Source: Eledone cirrhosa
Taxonomy: Eukaryota
NCBI GenBank assembly: GCA_964016885.1
Contig: OZ024751.1
Location: 25,234,001-25,298,000 of the forward strand
DNA: 64,000 nt
Direction of reading: 5' to 3'
Below are positions 42,046-55,440 of this stretch, one piece after another (the stretch's first letter is position 1; each line of letters starts with the position of its first letter). The notes beneath the pieces were generated by a model. That model was not told where the DNA came from, did no database searches, and saw only the letters and a list, made by a program, of their open reading frames with translations. The translations under genes were made by a program, and so were the position numbers.

Positions 42046-42229
42046 TAATTGTTTCTACTTTTGGCACAAGGCCAGCAATTACCCAGTAGATTACTGGTAC
42101 TTTATTTTATCGACCCCATAAGGATGAAAGGCAAAGTTAACTTCGGCGGGATTTGAACTCAGAATGGCAAGGGCCGTAACTCTATACGTCAAAGCATGGC
42201 GTCCGACCCTCTACCGATACTGCCAATTC
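42046..42229 (-). mobile_element. SINE A
   Basis: Full-length reverse-complement copy. Confidence 0.9.
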
Positions 42230-42311
42230 GCTCTTCATAATATGCTGTTATATATACACTTGTAAGTAATGGCTTAACCAGTTTCAAACTGAATCCATCC
42301 CGATCTTTCAT

Positions 42312-42348
<37 letters not shown>

Positions 42349-42364
42349 ATCACCCCCTCCCATA

Positions 42365-42434
<70 letters not shown>

Positions 42435-42449
42435 ATAATATAGAAATGG

Positions 42450-42496
42450 TTTCTACGGGATCAGAACTGTTTCACTCGAAAGAAATCACCAGGAAA
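42450..42496 (-). ncRNA. Hammerhead motif (family C) with one core substitution
   Basis: Minus strand: tttc-CTGGTGA-tttctttcgagt-GAAACAG-ttctgatc-CCGTA-gaaa. Confidence 0.6.
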
Positions 42497-42581
42497 GCTC
42501 TTTATTTATACTCTGTATTGAGTACCTTGCTTACAGCGGTTACATCCGATTGAAGCCGGGATACACATATCTATATCTGTA

Positions 42582-42673
<92 letters not shown>

Positions 42674-42725
42674 CCTACACACATATATATGTATAATATA
42701 TATATATATATATATACAGTGTATA

Positions 42726-42759
<34 letters not shown>

Positions 42760-42768
42760 CATATATAT

Positions 42769-42871
<103 letters not shown>

Positions 42872-42872
42872 C

Positions 42873-42932
<60 letters not shown>

Positions 42933-43224
42933 CAAAATGTTGAATTTCCTTAATTATTTATATTTGCAAACACCATGCACATTTCAGTGGCCAGGTTGCG
43001 TAAGAACCTGGTGACATCATCAGGTGTAAATTGCGTAATAGATGTATACCAACGGAATGATGGTAAATTTAAGGAAACAACGAAAGGAAAAACAGAGAAG
43101 GAAAAAGTGTGCTTATGTTTTTGACCCAGAGACGAACAAAGCAGCATGTTGTTATAATGCCTCACCGTCTCTGAGTGAATTATCTTTAACAGACCATTAC
43201 TATTATTAAGATATCTATCTTATC

Positions 43225-43590
43225 TCTATTTATTGCTCCTGCTCGGTGAGTCTGAGCTCAGCCTTGTCAGTGCTTCCACACCCGACCAAGCCCACCAGTT
43301 CCCTCTATCGTTGGCAGTCGGATGTCGGCCCCACTGTGTCCTCCAAGGGTACGTGGATCCTCTGGTGATCTTGCTTACTCACATCCAGCCATCTGGTGCG
43401 GGGCCTGCCGCGGGGCCACTTCCAGTTCGCCATTGCTGCTTCAAATGAGAGTAAGGTCCTGGTAAGATGCTTTGCTGGGAAGAGGCTGCGCGTTTATGCG
43501 TGAACGTACGTAGCTCTTCGTTGGAGAGGTGATGGTACCATCAAATGATCTCGATGGTACTCAGGACGCTGCTATTATAACGACCGATCA
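43225..43590 (-). mobile_element. RTE-like LINE 3' fragment
   Basis: Minus strand WKWPRGRP..RWLD motif typical of RTE ORF C-termini; GC-rich island. Confidence 0.6.
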
Positions 43591-44594
43591 TCATTGCCAG
43601 GGTGTTCGTAAGTTAAAATAAAGTGACGTAAAATGTAAATTGAATGAACAAACAAGTAACTGTTGACTGAGCTTTATTACAAAGCCCACGGTATTAGACA
43701 AAAAACACGTTTGAGATATACCAACGCTTTGTATAGGTCTTAAAAGGTTGACTTGAAGTATGTACCACCATCTCCTTTTACAATATATCTCCTCGCTAGA
43801 GAATGTTAGGTTCTTGTCTATATGTGACAACGTTGGAGCATATTTTGAACGTACTTCCTTTCTTATTTCTACCAATACTTAATTACTCGACTTGTTTACA
43901 TGAAATAAGTCATTATAACTCATCACGCACTTCAGCTTTCCACTTGAACAATATCAAGATGGCCACAGATTATATATCAGCAGATGGCCTTTGGTCTGCA
44001 CATGACTACAACATTACACAAACTGACTTGGCTATTCAAGTAATCAGATCTGTTTTCTTCAAAAATCCATACTAACTGCGCTAATAACATTATTGTAGTA
44101 TTTATCGGTAGACGTTTCTCTAACGTACTACAAAACACCCCCAGAATAATGGCGGCCGTGAATTGATCAATCTAAGGTAGGACATGGAACAGTTTAAAGA
44201 ATGTTATTGTAAATGCTTACTTCCTTCTGGATGATAGGTAACTTAATGGTCGGGGTTCCGGTTACTCAACTTTTGTGCCACAATTCCACGACTCCAAGAG
44301 CAGGTCGTAAGATATTCACCGGTTGTTTCGGCGTTAGGTGATTGGATAACATCCAAGGACTTGATTTGTTTCACTTGGCGATCCAGCCGGATCAATTGAA
44401 GGGAGCTTGATCTGATAGGACTCTCTGGAAGGGGTGTTTGCGGACTTTGTCCCTACGACCCTCCCAGTGTGAAACATGTGCATATTTGAGTAATTTTCTT
44501 TTGTCTCCCACAAATATCGATAATTAGACGCCAATAAAATGATATATTTTCTCAGTCAACTCTACAGTACTATTGTTTTGCAAAGCCTACACAC

Positions 44595-44640
<46 letters not shown>

Positions 44641-46006
44641 GCAAAATATGGTGTGGATATGTATTTAAATTTTTCCTTTAATTCTCACTTCTTCCACGGT
44701 GAAACCGAATATATCTTGAGACCATAGAACTACACCTGGAAAATTCCTCTCCCCGGTGTAAATTTTAGGAAAGTATTTTTGTGGAAGACCAACAATTATC
44801 CCTTCACGCCAGTTATGAATCATGGGACAACCAAGGGTTAATTTTGCTCTATGTAGCGCCAATAACGTCGCAAGCCAATTCAGGTTCTAAAATACGCCAA
44901 GGTATCACGTCGTCCACGCGAATAGTTCAGTCAGTTCAGTTCCATAGACTGGTACTTTATTTATCGACACTGAGTTTAAATTCAACTGTCATTCACGTCT
45001 TAAGAATCTACAAATAATTGTCGTTATGCAAGAAACGTCTCCTTCTATAAAGCAACTCTCTATGTTTGTTTTGTAAAACACATCACCAAAGATAATGAAA
45101 TGAAATAGTTGTTTACGCTTTCTCTTTAATTGCCGAATCTTAAATATAAATTCTCTTGGTGGAATGCCGTATATTTTTATCGTATTAAATTTATGGAAAT
45201 ACGGCTACCGGGTTTTGTAACTGAATACATTTCAAACGGCAATAAATAAATATTTGAACATTAAGTTCATACTGACTACTCGTTTTTAACTCAATATAAT
45301 TCAATAATCTAATTCAATATTATTATAAAATGTTTGGGTAAAAATGCAATAGTATTTATATGCCAGGTAACGTTGGAAAAAAGAATATAGGATAAACACA
45401 ATGGTGAACTGATTCCATAAATAAGTGTTTGGTTTTAGCCTTTTAGAGAAGAATAAATAATTTTTCAAGTTTAGGCAACGCTAAATTCAATTTCTATTAA
45501 GCTTTAATAGAAAATTGGAAGAACTATATAAACCATGAAAGAGATTTACTAGAATCTAAAAACAATCTTTTTTTTGTGGTAAATATTTATTTGTAACGTA
45601 ATCGGCTTTAAAATTATTATGTCGTACACCAAATCCAATTGTTGTTTTCGAAAAATCGCTTCGATGGGAATTTAGCTTTCAAATTTTACATTTCCCCCTC
45701 TTAAAAGAAACACTGGCAAATGCATTAATATGCAAAGATTAATAAAAATTTCTTTTTCATTTATATAGTGATATATCATTTTCGTGTGTGTTTTTTTTAA
45801 GCCTAGTTACCTAGATTCAGAGAACATGGATTCGTTCTGATAGATTTTTCAAGTGTTGGGATAGGAAACAAATTCATTCAGATGAAAAAATAATTGAAGA
45901 CTTAATATATTCCAGCCTACATAGAATTTGCGATAATAAGTGTACTATAACATAATAATTCTTATTAGTAGAATCACAGTAGAGATCATAGTAATTATGC
46001 AATAGC

Positions 46007-46118
46007 ATTGACCTCATCAGACTGCTAGAATTTGAACAAAAAACTATACATATATAGTAATAATAATAAATATATATATATAGTTTTTCTGTTCAAATTC
46101 TAGCAGTCTGATGAGGTT
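46007..46118. mobile_element. Short fold-back (~40-bp arms) with CUGAUGA half-motif
   Basis: acctcatcagactgctagaatttgaaca...tgttcaaattctagcagtctgatgaggt around a TA-rich spacer. Confidence 0.7.
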
Positions 46119-46183
46119 ATTGCATCGCATAATGGTTATCACCCAAATATATATAATAGCGAATATGAATTGAATAAACGAAG

Positions 46184-46230
<47 letters not shown>

Positions 46231-46237
<7 letters not shown>

Positions 46238-46566
46238 CAAGAAAGAAGAGTGACATGGTTTGCTATACAATAAGGGCTTTATTCACATTGCTGACAATTG
46301 TTTTTCTGAACTGGTAGGTCTACAGATCGCTACCCGCCTGTTTTTGCGTCAATCGATCACCAATACTTTGTTATAACCAGTCTATTCATCAGAGCATTCG
46401 AGAATGAAGGACATACACAGGCATGGCTTCTGATGAATAGACTGGTTATAACAAAGTATTAGTGATCGATTGACGCAAAAATAGACCTACCAGTTTAGAG
46501 AAACAATTGTCAGCAATGTGAATAAAGCCCTTATTGTATAGCAAACCATGTCACTCTTCTTTCTTG

Positions 46567-46573
<7 letters not shown>
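46231..46573. mobile_element. ~340-bp fold-back pLTR-like element between two (TA)n tracts; each arm has a long-stem-II hammerhead
   Basis: + arm: CTGATGA (46430) agactggt...accagttt GAAAC-aatt-GTC-agca (46500-46515), AATAAA (46521). Minus arm: atgct-CTGATGA ... AAAC-aatt-GTC-agca. The arms differ by an ~18-nt indel. Confidence 0.8.
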
Positions 46574-46614
<41 letters not shown>

Positions 46615-46617
<3 letters not shown>

Positions 46618-47135
46618 TTTGCATTCCTGTCTGTTTGTTTGTTTGTTTGTTCACGAACTACTCCTATAGTTTGGGAGATAGACCCCCATAACCATATATA
46701 TTCTGAAACTACATTGCCCAGGTTAGTTGGATAATTATATTTCATTTTAATCAAAGGGTTCCCCGGGAGCCACATAACTCCCGCTGAAGCCCCCCCCCCC
46801 CCCCCCCCGCTAAAACTTTTTTCCCTTCGATTTATATGAAATTTCAACCATAGGTAAATCACAAGATATGATGCCTATTCACAAAAGTTTTGAATTGATA
46901 TTTTGAAAAAAATTATTTACAAGAAACAAAATAAGAATAAGACTTAATAATGTAATTTTGATTTGATATATTACAAAAAATAATGTTTTCCAATTTTTCA
47001 TGCATTACATTTTACATTGTGTAATATTGAAATGCAGAGTTTTTCTCCACAAATTATATCACTGATTTAATATCAATCATCATTTTCTTACAAAAAAAAA
47101 GTATGAAACGCAGCAAGGCGTGGGTAATTCAGCCA

Positions 47136-47137
<2 letters not shown>
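46615..47137 (+). mobile_element. Possible non-autonomous Helitron
   Basis: Starts after (TA)n with ctgtctgtttgtttgtt and ends gcagcaaggcgtgggtaattcagccag|t, resembling Helitron hairpin + CTRR 3' ends; no TIR or TSD. Confidence 0.5.
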
Positions 47138-47169
<32 letters not shown>

Positions 47170-47207
47170 GTACATACATATATCTCTATATATATACGTA
47201 TATATAC

Positions 47208-47285
<78 letters not shown>

Positions 47286-47320
47286 ATAATAATGGAGCTG
47301 CGGCGTTACAAATGGGTTAC

Positions 47321-47408
47321 ATATGAAAAAGTAAGTCCTTCATCAGTGGCCTTCCAACCGTCCTAGGACGGTTGGAAGGCCACTGATGAAGGACTTACTT
47401 TTTCATAT
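47321..47408. repeat. Perfect spacerless 88-bp palindrome with CUGAUGA on both strands
   Basis: atatgaaaaagtaagtccttcatcagtggccttccaaccgtcct|aggacggttggaaggccactgatgaaggacttactttttcatat. Confidence 0.92.
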
Positions 47409-47485
47409 ATATAAATGTATATATATATGTATATATATATATATACGTACATACATACATATATATATATATACGTACATACATA

Positions 47486-47530
<45 letters not shown>

Positions 47531-47538
<8 letters not shown>

Positions 47539-47880
47539 GAAAACGAAAAATCAGTGATGCATCTGAACTCAATTTATTGTGTGTTACAATTGTTTCGCCG
47601 GCGGACAGCTCGAGACGCGATCATTGTGTGGATCTGTCTGATTCAGAGAATATGCTCCGAAATCATTAGACGTGTCCGTCGAACCTGCGGGCCCAGAATC
47701 AGACAGATCCGCACAATGATTGCGTCTCGAGCTGTCCGCCGGCGAAACAATTGTAACACACAATAAATTAAGTTCAGATGCATCACTGATTTTTCGTTTT
47801 CTATTATATCATACTCTGCTCTGTAAGAGCATAGAGTGCTCAACTGGCATACCGCCTATGGAACCATCTTAGCTACCATC
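47531..47880. mobile_element. Fold-back pLTR-like element (arms 47531-47644 and 47696-47809) plus unique tail
   Basis: Arms carry GAAAC-aatt-GTA-acacac-AATAAA. The spacer has CTAATGA on the minus strand. Tail shared with 839-890. Confidence 0.8.
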
Positions 47881-47894
47881 AGACATATATATAT

Positions 47895-48435
47895 ATACTC
47901 TTTTACCTGTTCCAGCCATCCGGCTGAGGCCATGTTAGGGCACCGCCCTTGTTGCTACTCATTCTATCTTCATCCTGTTTTGGCTGGCCATTGGTGTAAG
48001 AGGGGATTCGTTGCTGCTCCCCTTAGGTTACCTTCCTACCGTGTTGTAGGCACATCTGGATCTATGGTAGAAAGGTGTCGAGATGCTGCTTGAAAACATC
48101 CACGTTCACACCATGCTGATCTCTCAAAATCCTCGGCAGATTGTTGAAGAGTGGAGGGCCTTTGAACCCCAGGTTATTGCAATATCTGCTCCTTATTCTA
48201 GATCTGGAAGACTGATTTGGTGCTAGTCCCTCCATGATTTTCCATACGTATATCATTGCGTATCTCTCCCGTCTTCGTTCCAAGGAGTAGAGTTTCAGTT
48301 CTTTTACCCTTTCCGAGTAGCTTATCTCCTTCATCGTCGCAATCCTCTTGGTGTAACTTCGTTGGATTGCCTCAAGGTCCGTGGTTAGTTTGACACTATG
48401 AGGTGACCACAGCTGGGAGCAAAAGTCCAGGCGGC
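47895..48435 (-). mobile_element. CR1/L2-group LINE 3' fragment, adjoined by a short SINE/LINE tail also seen at 63643-63695
   Basis: LEAIQRSYTKRI..MKEISYSERVKELKLYSLERRRERY.MIYVWKIMEG is a typical CR1/L2 ORF2 C-terminus. Confidence 0.8.
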
Positions 48436-49379
48436 TTCCAACAGTTTCGGTTCATCCGATTTCCCTCACAAGTTAGGTGTTGACACAAAGCTATGATAAA
48501 TACCATTTGTCCTAGGTACCACGCACTAGGATGGAATCCGTAGCCTACTGATAGAGAAGAGATCATATTAATCAATCCGCCATCATTTATCCATTGGTTA
48601 AGTTAAGCTCTGCAATATAATATCAAATACTACCATTCCAGAAAATTCGTCAAACTGACAGTAATCTAGTTTTATTTCAATTTCAACAATAAAAATATAC
48701 GAAGTGCAGATTTTAAATCACGATTATATTTTTGTTTGAATCTTTTAAATTAATTTAAGCCGAATTAATATTCTGTCATCCTAGCTGCCATTTTACTTGC
48801 TGAAATAATGTCGTGTAATGATGTTTTGTTGTTGTTTTTTCTCCCCTTAACATGCATCATTGTTTTTGAAATTAATCAGATTGTATAAGATTTTAATAAC
48901 ACCAATAATCCACGGTGAGGTTACAGAAATATATATTTAAAATAATGATGACGTATTTAGTTTTGGAAAGACAAAAAATTAACACATTTATAAGAGACGA
49001 TGTTTATATGATGAGTAAGCAAACTGCTTAGATTGAATGTATGAATGTCATTGTTCCATTAGTACCGTTACTTGATAAGTTATGAGAAAAATTGTTGAAA
49101 AATTAGGGAGCCAATTATCTATGAAAATTAGGGATTCATCTATCAGTGAGATATTAAGGTTTCAACTATCTATGGAAATTAGGTGAGTCAAATTATCTGT
49201 GTGATGTAGGGAGTCAATTTATCTATGCGAGAGAGATTGGGAGAGAAGGAGAGAGTGAGAGAGATGGAGAGAGATAAAGAGAGAGAGAGTGAGTGAGAGA
49301 ATGGGAGAGAGAGAGATGGGGAGAGTGAGAAAAAGTGAGAGAGAGAGAGTGAGAAAGAGTGGGAGAGAGAAAGAGTGAG

Positions 49380-49431
<52 letters not shown>

Positions 49432-49674
49432 GAGAAGAGAGAGAGCGGGGAAGAGAGAGAGGGAGTGAGAGTGAGAGAGAGAGTGAGAGGTAGAAATAGT
49501 TTATGAACTCAAAAACGAAAACAAAAACTGACAATTTATAAGATAAAAAACAACACAAGTATTTACTGTTTGTGTATCCCTTGTAAAGTAAAATGTTAAA
49601 TGCTATATATTTGATTATATTGATTGATTTTAATATTGATTACAAATATATTTCTATTTACTGTTTCTTTTCAG

Positions 49675-49873
49675 ACTCCTTACCACATTTGAGACATTGT
49701 TTTGGGCTGCTTTTGGAATGGGAAACCCTAACGCTCCAAAGTCTACTGGCAAAAGTAACCACTTGGTTGAAACAGTGGGGAATTTAATGTATGGAGTGTA
49801 TATAATCGGAGCTGTGGTTGTTCTTATTAATATGCTTATTGCCATGATGAGTAATACGTTCGAGGAAATACAG
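49675..49873 (+). CDS. TRPC: TRPC-family channel exon (pore helix, filter, S6)
   Basis: tttcttttcag acceptor (phase 2, GA+A=Glu) and CAG|gtaaat donor. LLTTFETLFWAAFGMGNP...VLINMLIAMMSNTFEEIQ carries the LFW pore motif and the S6 'NMLIAMM' motif. Confidence 0.95.
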
Positions 49874-50031
49874 GTAAATAAGCAATTTATGTATTTAGAG
49901 CAGCGCTGGACCTCTTTTATTTAACCTTTCTGTTACGTTATTTCTAATTAAATACATTCTGTCACTGGGTCTCCATGACAAGGAACGTGCAGTAATCATT
50001 AAAAAGTAATTCATTATATATAGAGAGAGAG

Positions 50032-50218
50032 AGGGCGGTGGATTGGCAGAATTGGTAGAGGGTTGGACATGCTTTCCAGCATAGTTACGTCCCTTTACAA
50101 TCTGAGTTCAAATCCCGCCAAGGTTAACTTTGCCTTTTATCCTTACGAGGTCGATAAAATAAAGTACCAGTAATGTACTGGGTAATTGCTGGCCTTGTGC
50201 CGAAAGTAGAAACAATTA
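50032..50218 (+). mobile_element. SINE A
   Basis: Full-length copy. Confidence 0.9.
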
Positions 50219-50242
50219 TTTATATATATATATATATATATA

Positions 50243-50750
50243 CTTGGCGTGGCAATAAAGTATTTAAACTAACTCTATAAATGAAAATACACAACACATT
50301 TAAACTGCAGAATAAAATTGCACGATAGAATTTATATATTCTGTAAAACATAATCTCCATTGAATACAATTGCATATTTAATGTGCTTATGCAAAGCAAT
50401 TAACTCTTTCTGGAACCGTTCCTTCGGCAATTGTCGAAAGTAACGCAAGGAATCCTCTGCCACCTCTTCTAATAAAGCAAAAACACATTTTCAAAGATGT
50501 TGCTTTAATAACTTGAACACCTAACGATTGCATAAATTTAAGTCGGGACTATAGGGCGATTGTTTGATCATTGTTACTAAGTCTCCTCTAGAAAATATAT
50601 TTTGTGAATTGAGCAGTTCGATGCGTGTATTATAAACTCACAAGAATGACATAGGCCTGTGACAAAATACTGCATTCATACAGAATATCACACCCATACA
50701 ACAAAGTTCAAATTCCAACTATTATAAAGGACTTTATAGCCGCGGCTAGT
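50243..50750 (-). mobile_element. Decayed mariner-like transposase fragment
   Basis: Minus strand SPYSPDLNLCNR*VFKLLK (~50505-50562), then a C-terminal ..NGDY motif; bounded by TA-rich sequence. Confidence 0.6.
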
Positions 50751-50785
50751 ATATATAGATGTGTGTATGTGTGTGCGTGTGCGTG

Positions 50786-50858
<73 letters not shown>

Positions 50859-50866
50859 TATTATAA

Positions 50867-51067
<201 letters not shown>

Positions 51068-51509
51068 TGATTGTCTAATTGTCCATTATTCAAAATGAAT
51101 ATTGTTCTTGTATCATCAATTTTGTTACAGTCAAATTAAGTGGATTCATTTTATACTAGTGTGTGGATACAGGCATGGATGAATAATAATTAGTTAAAAA
51201 ATTCTCTTTGTAATCAGAAACTCTCGTAAGAAAATCGCGTCAGAAAATCTCGCCAGAATACCCCGCTACGTTGTGACTTTGAAATATTGCATTGTGCCTT
51301 TAGCGGAACACACTCAGTTGTACCCCTTCGTGCTAGGTCTATGTCTATGTCTGTGGCTAATTTCCTACGAGTTACAAAAGTCCATGAATAAGGACCGTCA
51401 CGTTGTTTAGGATTTCATGCAGTAGAATCAATGAGCTAATGATTGCACAACCAGCTCCTTAATGGCCACACTGCATTCACCGTATGACATTTTATTCTGA
51501 CGTTAAACA

Positions 51510-51692
51510 CAATATATTCACGACATAGACTTACGGCCCTTCACGCCCTGAGTTCAAATCGCGTGGGGGTTAGCTTTGCCTTTCATCCTTACTGGGTCGA
51601 TAAAATAAAGCACCAGTAACGAACTGGAGTCGATTCAATCGACTTTCCCCTTCCCTAAAATGACTAGCCTTGTGCCTATATAAGAAGCCATT
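51510..51692 (+). mobile_element. SINE A, older subfamily
   Basis: gagttcaaatc..ctttgcctttcatccttactgggtcgataaaataaagcaccag with the long 3' variant. Confidence 0.8.
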
Positions 51693-52154
51693 ATGATTAA
51701 GTCATAGGTGATGAACTTAATCTTCAGCTCAATTTACCACTACAACTTGGCCCTTGTAGGTCCAAGTTGAAGTGTATTTTGCTGTGTCCAATCTGCAGGA
51801 AGCAATCACGTTAGCTCCCTCATTTGATAGTAACTTCCCATTCCTCCTTCCCACCAGTATTAGAAGCTTTGAAAAGGATTATAGCTATTTATCTTCCTTT
51901 TCTGACTGAAATAATAAAATGGAAGTAAATTGAATTATGGTTTATGTGTGTAAACTGCATTGTTTCAAATTGCAGTCTATTGTAGCTCAGTATGGTACAG
52001 TACAGCTATAGTGCTATATAACTGAATATAGATTAGAATATAGATTAGAATAATAGAGTAGAAATATAACAGAGAAGAAATATATGTAATTGCCAGCTGT
52101 AAAAATGTTATTGAAATATGTATTTTTATAGAAAAATAAATTATCTATTTTCAG

Positions 52155-52211
52155 CTACATTCAGGAGAAGAACCAACATCACCTAGTACAATTATAGACT
52201 ATGAATATAAG
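52155..52211 (+). CDS. TRPC: TRPC-family channel small exon
   Basis: tattttcag acceptor and AAG|gtaata donor; 57 nt, frame-preserving, LHSGEEPTSPSTIIDYEYK. Little motif-level support. Confidence 0.72.
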
Positions 52212-52423
52212 GTAATATAATATAATGTAATATAAATAACATTTTAACACATTTTTATTCCATCAATCTATCACAGAAGAGAGACATCAATTTCTTATTT
52301 AGACTCGTTTATTCTCAGACACACAGTCCACTATTGCTAGAAAGTTGCTGTTTGTTTAATTTATTATTTGAAGTTTAGTACTTTTTTAAGCTTCACGTTG
52401 TTTACAAAATGTTATCAAAAGGT

Positions 52424-52492
<69 letters not shown>

Positions 52493-53694
52493 CTTATATA
52501 TATACTTCGATTTTGAATTTGTCTTGCAAGATTTCTTATCTGAAAACGTGTGTTGGAACAGATATTGTTATTAATTGGGAGGGTTATGCTGCCAATCAAT
52601 TGAGTAACAACTAAAAACGAACGAAAAAGTCTATGAAAAAATATTCAAAGCAAGAAACAAATCTCTAAAGATCAACTTTTGGCGCTTCTTCTGAGAACAA
52701 CTAACGGTATTATAGTAGAATCTTCAGTTTATTGAAAACAAGCTTTTACAATTTTGTCCGTTGCGTCTATGAGGTGGCATACGCCTGAGTCTCTGTGTAA
52801 CAAAGAAAGAATGCGAGTGAACGGAGTGTGTGGGTGGGGGCTTGGGAGGGACAAATCTTTTATGGCTTAGTTCATGTTGCTACAATTGTCCACTACATAT
52901 ATGTATATATAAATTCCCACATACACAGATGCATACATATACACATACATACATATATAAATACATACATACACACTTACATACATACTTACGTACGTCC
53001 ATAAATACATAAATACATACACACACACATGCATACATACATACATTTATACATCCATATATACATGCAAACACACATACATACCTACATACATACATAC
53101 ACACACACACACGCATACATACATTCATGTATACATCCATACACACATACACACATACATATATACACACACACATACATACATACATACACACATACAC
53201 ACATACACATATACACACATACATATATACACACGTACATACATACATGCATACATACATACATACACACCAATTTATACTTCTATATCAATGAAAAAGT
53301 ATTTGATTCTTTGTGAATAAATATTCCACGCCAAGGGAGTCAGATAAACAGAAATGGCAAAGAAATTATTGTAGATTATTCATGTTAAAAAAAAAACTTT
53401 GTCTCCAGCCCAGAGGTTTATCAGTCCGAGATTTATTAGTCCGAGGTTTATCTCTGTTTCACTGGCGTTAATCAAATGAGAGGAAAATATTCCTCATGTA
53501 TTGATATCGCTGCTGCTGCTGATACCCGTTTTTTTGGGGAAAAGACGTGAAATGAGATTTCTTGATCAAGGACATAACACAGCAATTTAATCAGGAATGT
53601 AACACACAACCTTACAATTGTGAGTATAGAGCTCCATCTATCAGGCCACAAACCATCACGAAAACTTATACAATTCTTTATTTCTCTATTGCAG

Positions 53695-53770
53695 TCTACA
53701 CTTCGCAAGGTGGTTTTACGGTACATCCACAAAATGAAATATGATAAGAAAGGAGATGTGGTTCGAGATG
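53695..53770 (+). CDS. TRPC: TRPC-family channel exon (rib helix region)
   Basis: ttctctattgcag acceptor and G|gtatgg donor. STLRKVVLRYIHKMKYDKKGDVVRD resembles the TRPC 'xxLVxRY' helix; phase 1 fits the last exon. Confidence 0.82.
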
Positions 53771-53902
53771 GTATGGTTTTAATACATTCTATTCACACAT
53801 TCTTTCATTCTTTTACTAATTTTAGTCATTTTACGCCGAGGGACTTTGTGACCGTTATGAAGTCGACGTTGTTATATGTAGAATATTATTTAGTATTCAG
53901 CA

Positions 53903-54093
53903 AGGGCGGTGAATTGGCAGTATCGATAGAGAGTCGGACACCATGCTTTACAGCATAGAGTTACGTCCCTTTATGATCTGAGTTCAAATCCCGCCGAGGT
54001 TAACTTTGCCTTTTATCCTTACGGGGTCGATAAAATAAAGTACCAGTAATGCACTGGGTAATTGCTGGCCTTGTTCCAAAAGTAGAAACAATT
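53903..54093 (+). mobile_element. SINE A with 17-bp TSD in the last TRPC intron
   Basis: TSD attatttagtattcagc at 53885-53901 and 54091-54107. Confidence 0.92.
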
Positions 54094-54137
54094 ATTTAGT
54101 ATTCAGCTTATTGTACTATTTTTTCTTTTTGCTTTAG

Positions 54138-54613
54138 ATATATTTGATACCAAAGAGGAGATTGTTGGTTACTTGATGAATGTCTTCAATAAGATTAACA
54201 ACCGCATGGAGACCATTGAAAATAGTTTGGTGGGTATAGATTCGAAACTGGCGATGGATGATTGCAATGGTGGACTATTCCAACAGAACCAGCATTCCGA
54301 TTTCTACAACTTTGACCTCATGATGGATGGCAAGAACGCATGCGATAACAATTCTCAAACACATTCCCCACCGCTTAATGAACGACACAATCAACCCAAA
54401 GAATATCTATCTGATAGTAGACAGTCTTTCACCACGGAGGCTCAGTATCATGGCAACCAGCAAAAGGATTGGTATGACCGAAATCTACGATTTGGGAGTT
54501 CAAAAAGCGAGGGTAGGCCGAACAGGACTCGTAAGCAAATGGACTGTGTTACAGAAAATGTTATGTCACGATCTGTCCCATTACACAGTAAATATTTTAG
54601 TCATGAGGTATGA
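54138..54613 (+). CDS. TRPC: TRPC-family channel last coding exon (coiled coil and disordered tail, stop TGA)
   Basis: ttttcttttgctttag-type polypyrimidine acceptor. G+AT joins in frame with ORF 54173..54613 (DIFDTKEEIVGYLMNVFNKINNRMETIENSL...FSHEV*). Confidence 0.85.
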
Positions 54614-55394
54614 TGATATTTTTTCCTGATACTCTGGGACTGTAGAAGTCATCTTTTCCGTTAACTTAAAGAGCACGAGAAAAAGTAATTAAACGCTTTG
54701 AGGAAGTCTTTTTAAAGGACTTTTGGAAAAACATGAATTGAAAATTCAAAACTATACCAAGGGCCCGTTTTACGAACCATGGCGAGTCGAAAGATCAATT
54801 TGACCAAATGAAGCGGTCGCAAAATAACTGATCGTTGTCCGAATTTGCCAAAGGACTGGCCGAGTTTGCCACATTGATGTTGATCTAATCGAGCTACAAA
54901 AGGTGTGAAAAAACCTCTGTAATGAATTTAATATTGAAATATTCAAGATTATCTAAGTGAATTCCAAAAGAAATATTTCACTTGTTTCAATAATCTGCCG
55001 AGGACCTTTTCACGGCACAGAGAAAGATGTGCATTGGGTAAACCTCACACGAAGTGAGGCTACGTTCGCTTAGTTCTAAATTTGTTCGAAAAATACGTGA
55101 TATCACTAAATATATTTCACTTATCTCCTCTTATATTTATTCAAGAAATATTACACCGAGTTTCAAAATGTGTTATCACTAAATTTCACTTAGAAAATGT
55201 TTTTCATGAAATAATAGCAAAGAGAAATTTCTTGTAGTGCCGAGATTTTAGTGAGAACAAAATCCATTTAACAAACGTCTTCACTTTTGCTTCTTTACCC
55301 CCCAAAGTGACATAATATAATATATTTCATCTTACACTTATAATCGCATTCAACAAGCATTTAAAAGTAGTTCAATTAGTTTAAAAAATAACAA

Positions 55395-55440
<46 letters not shown>

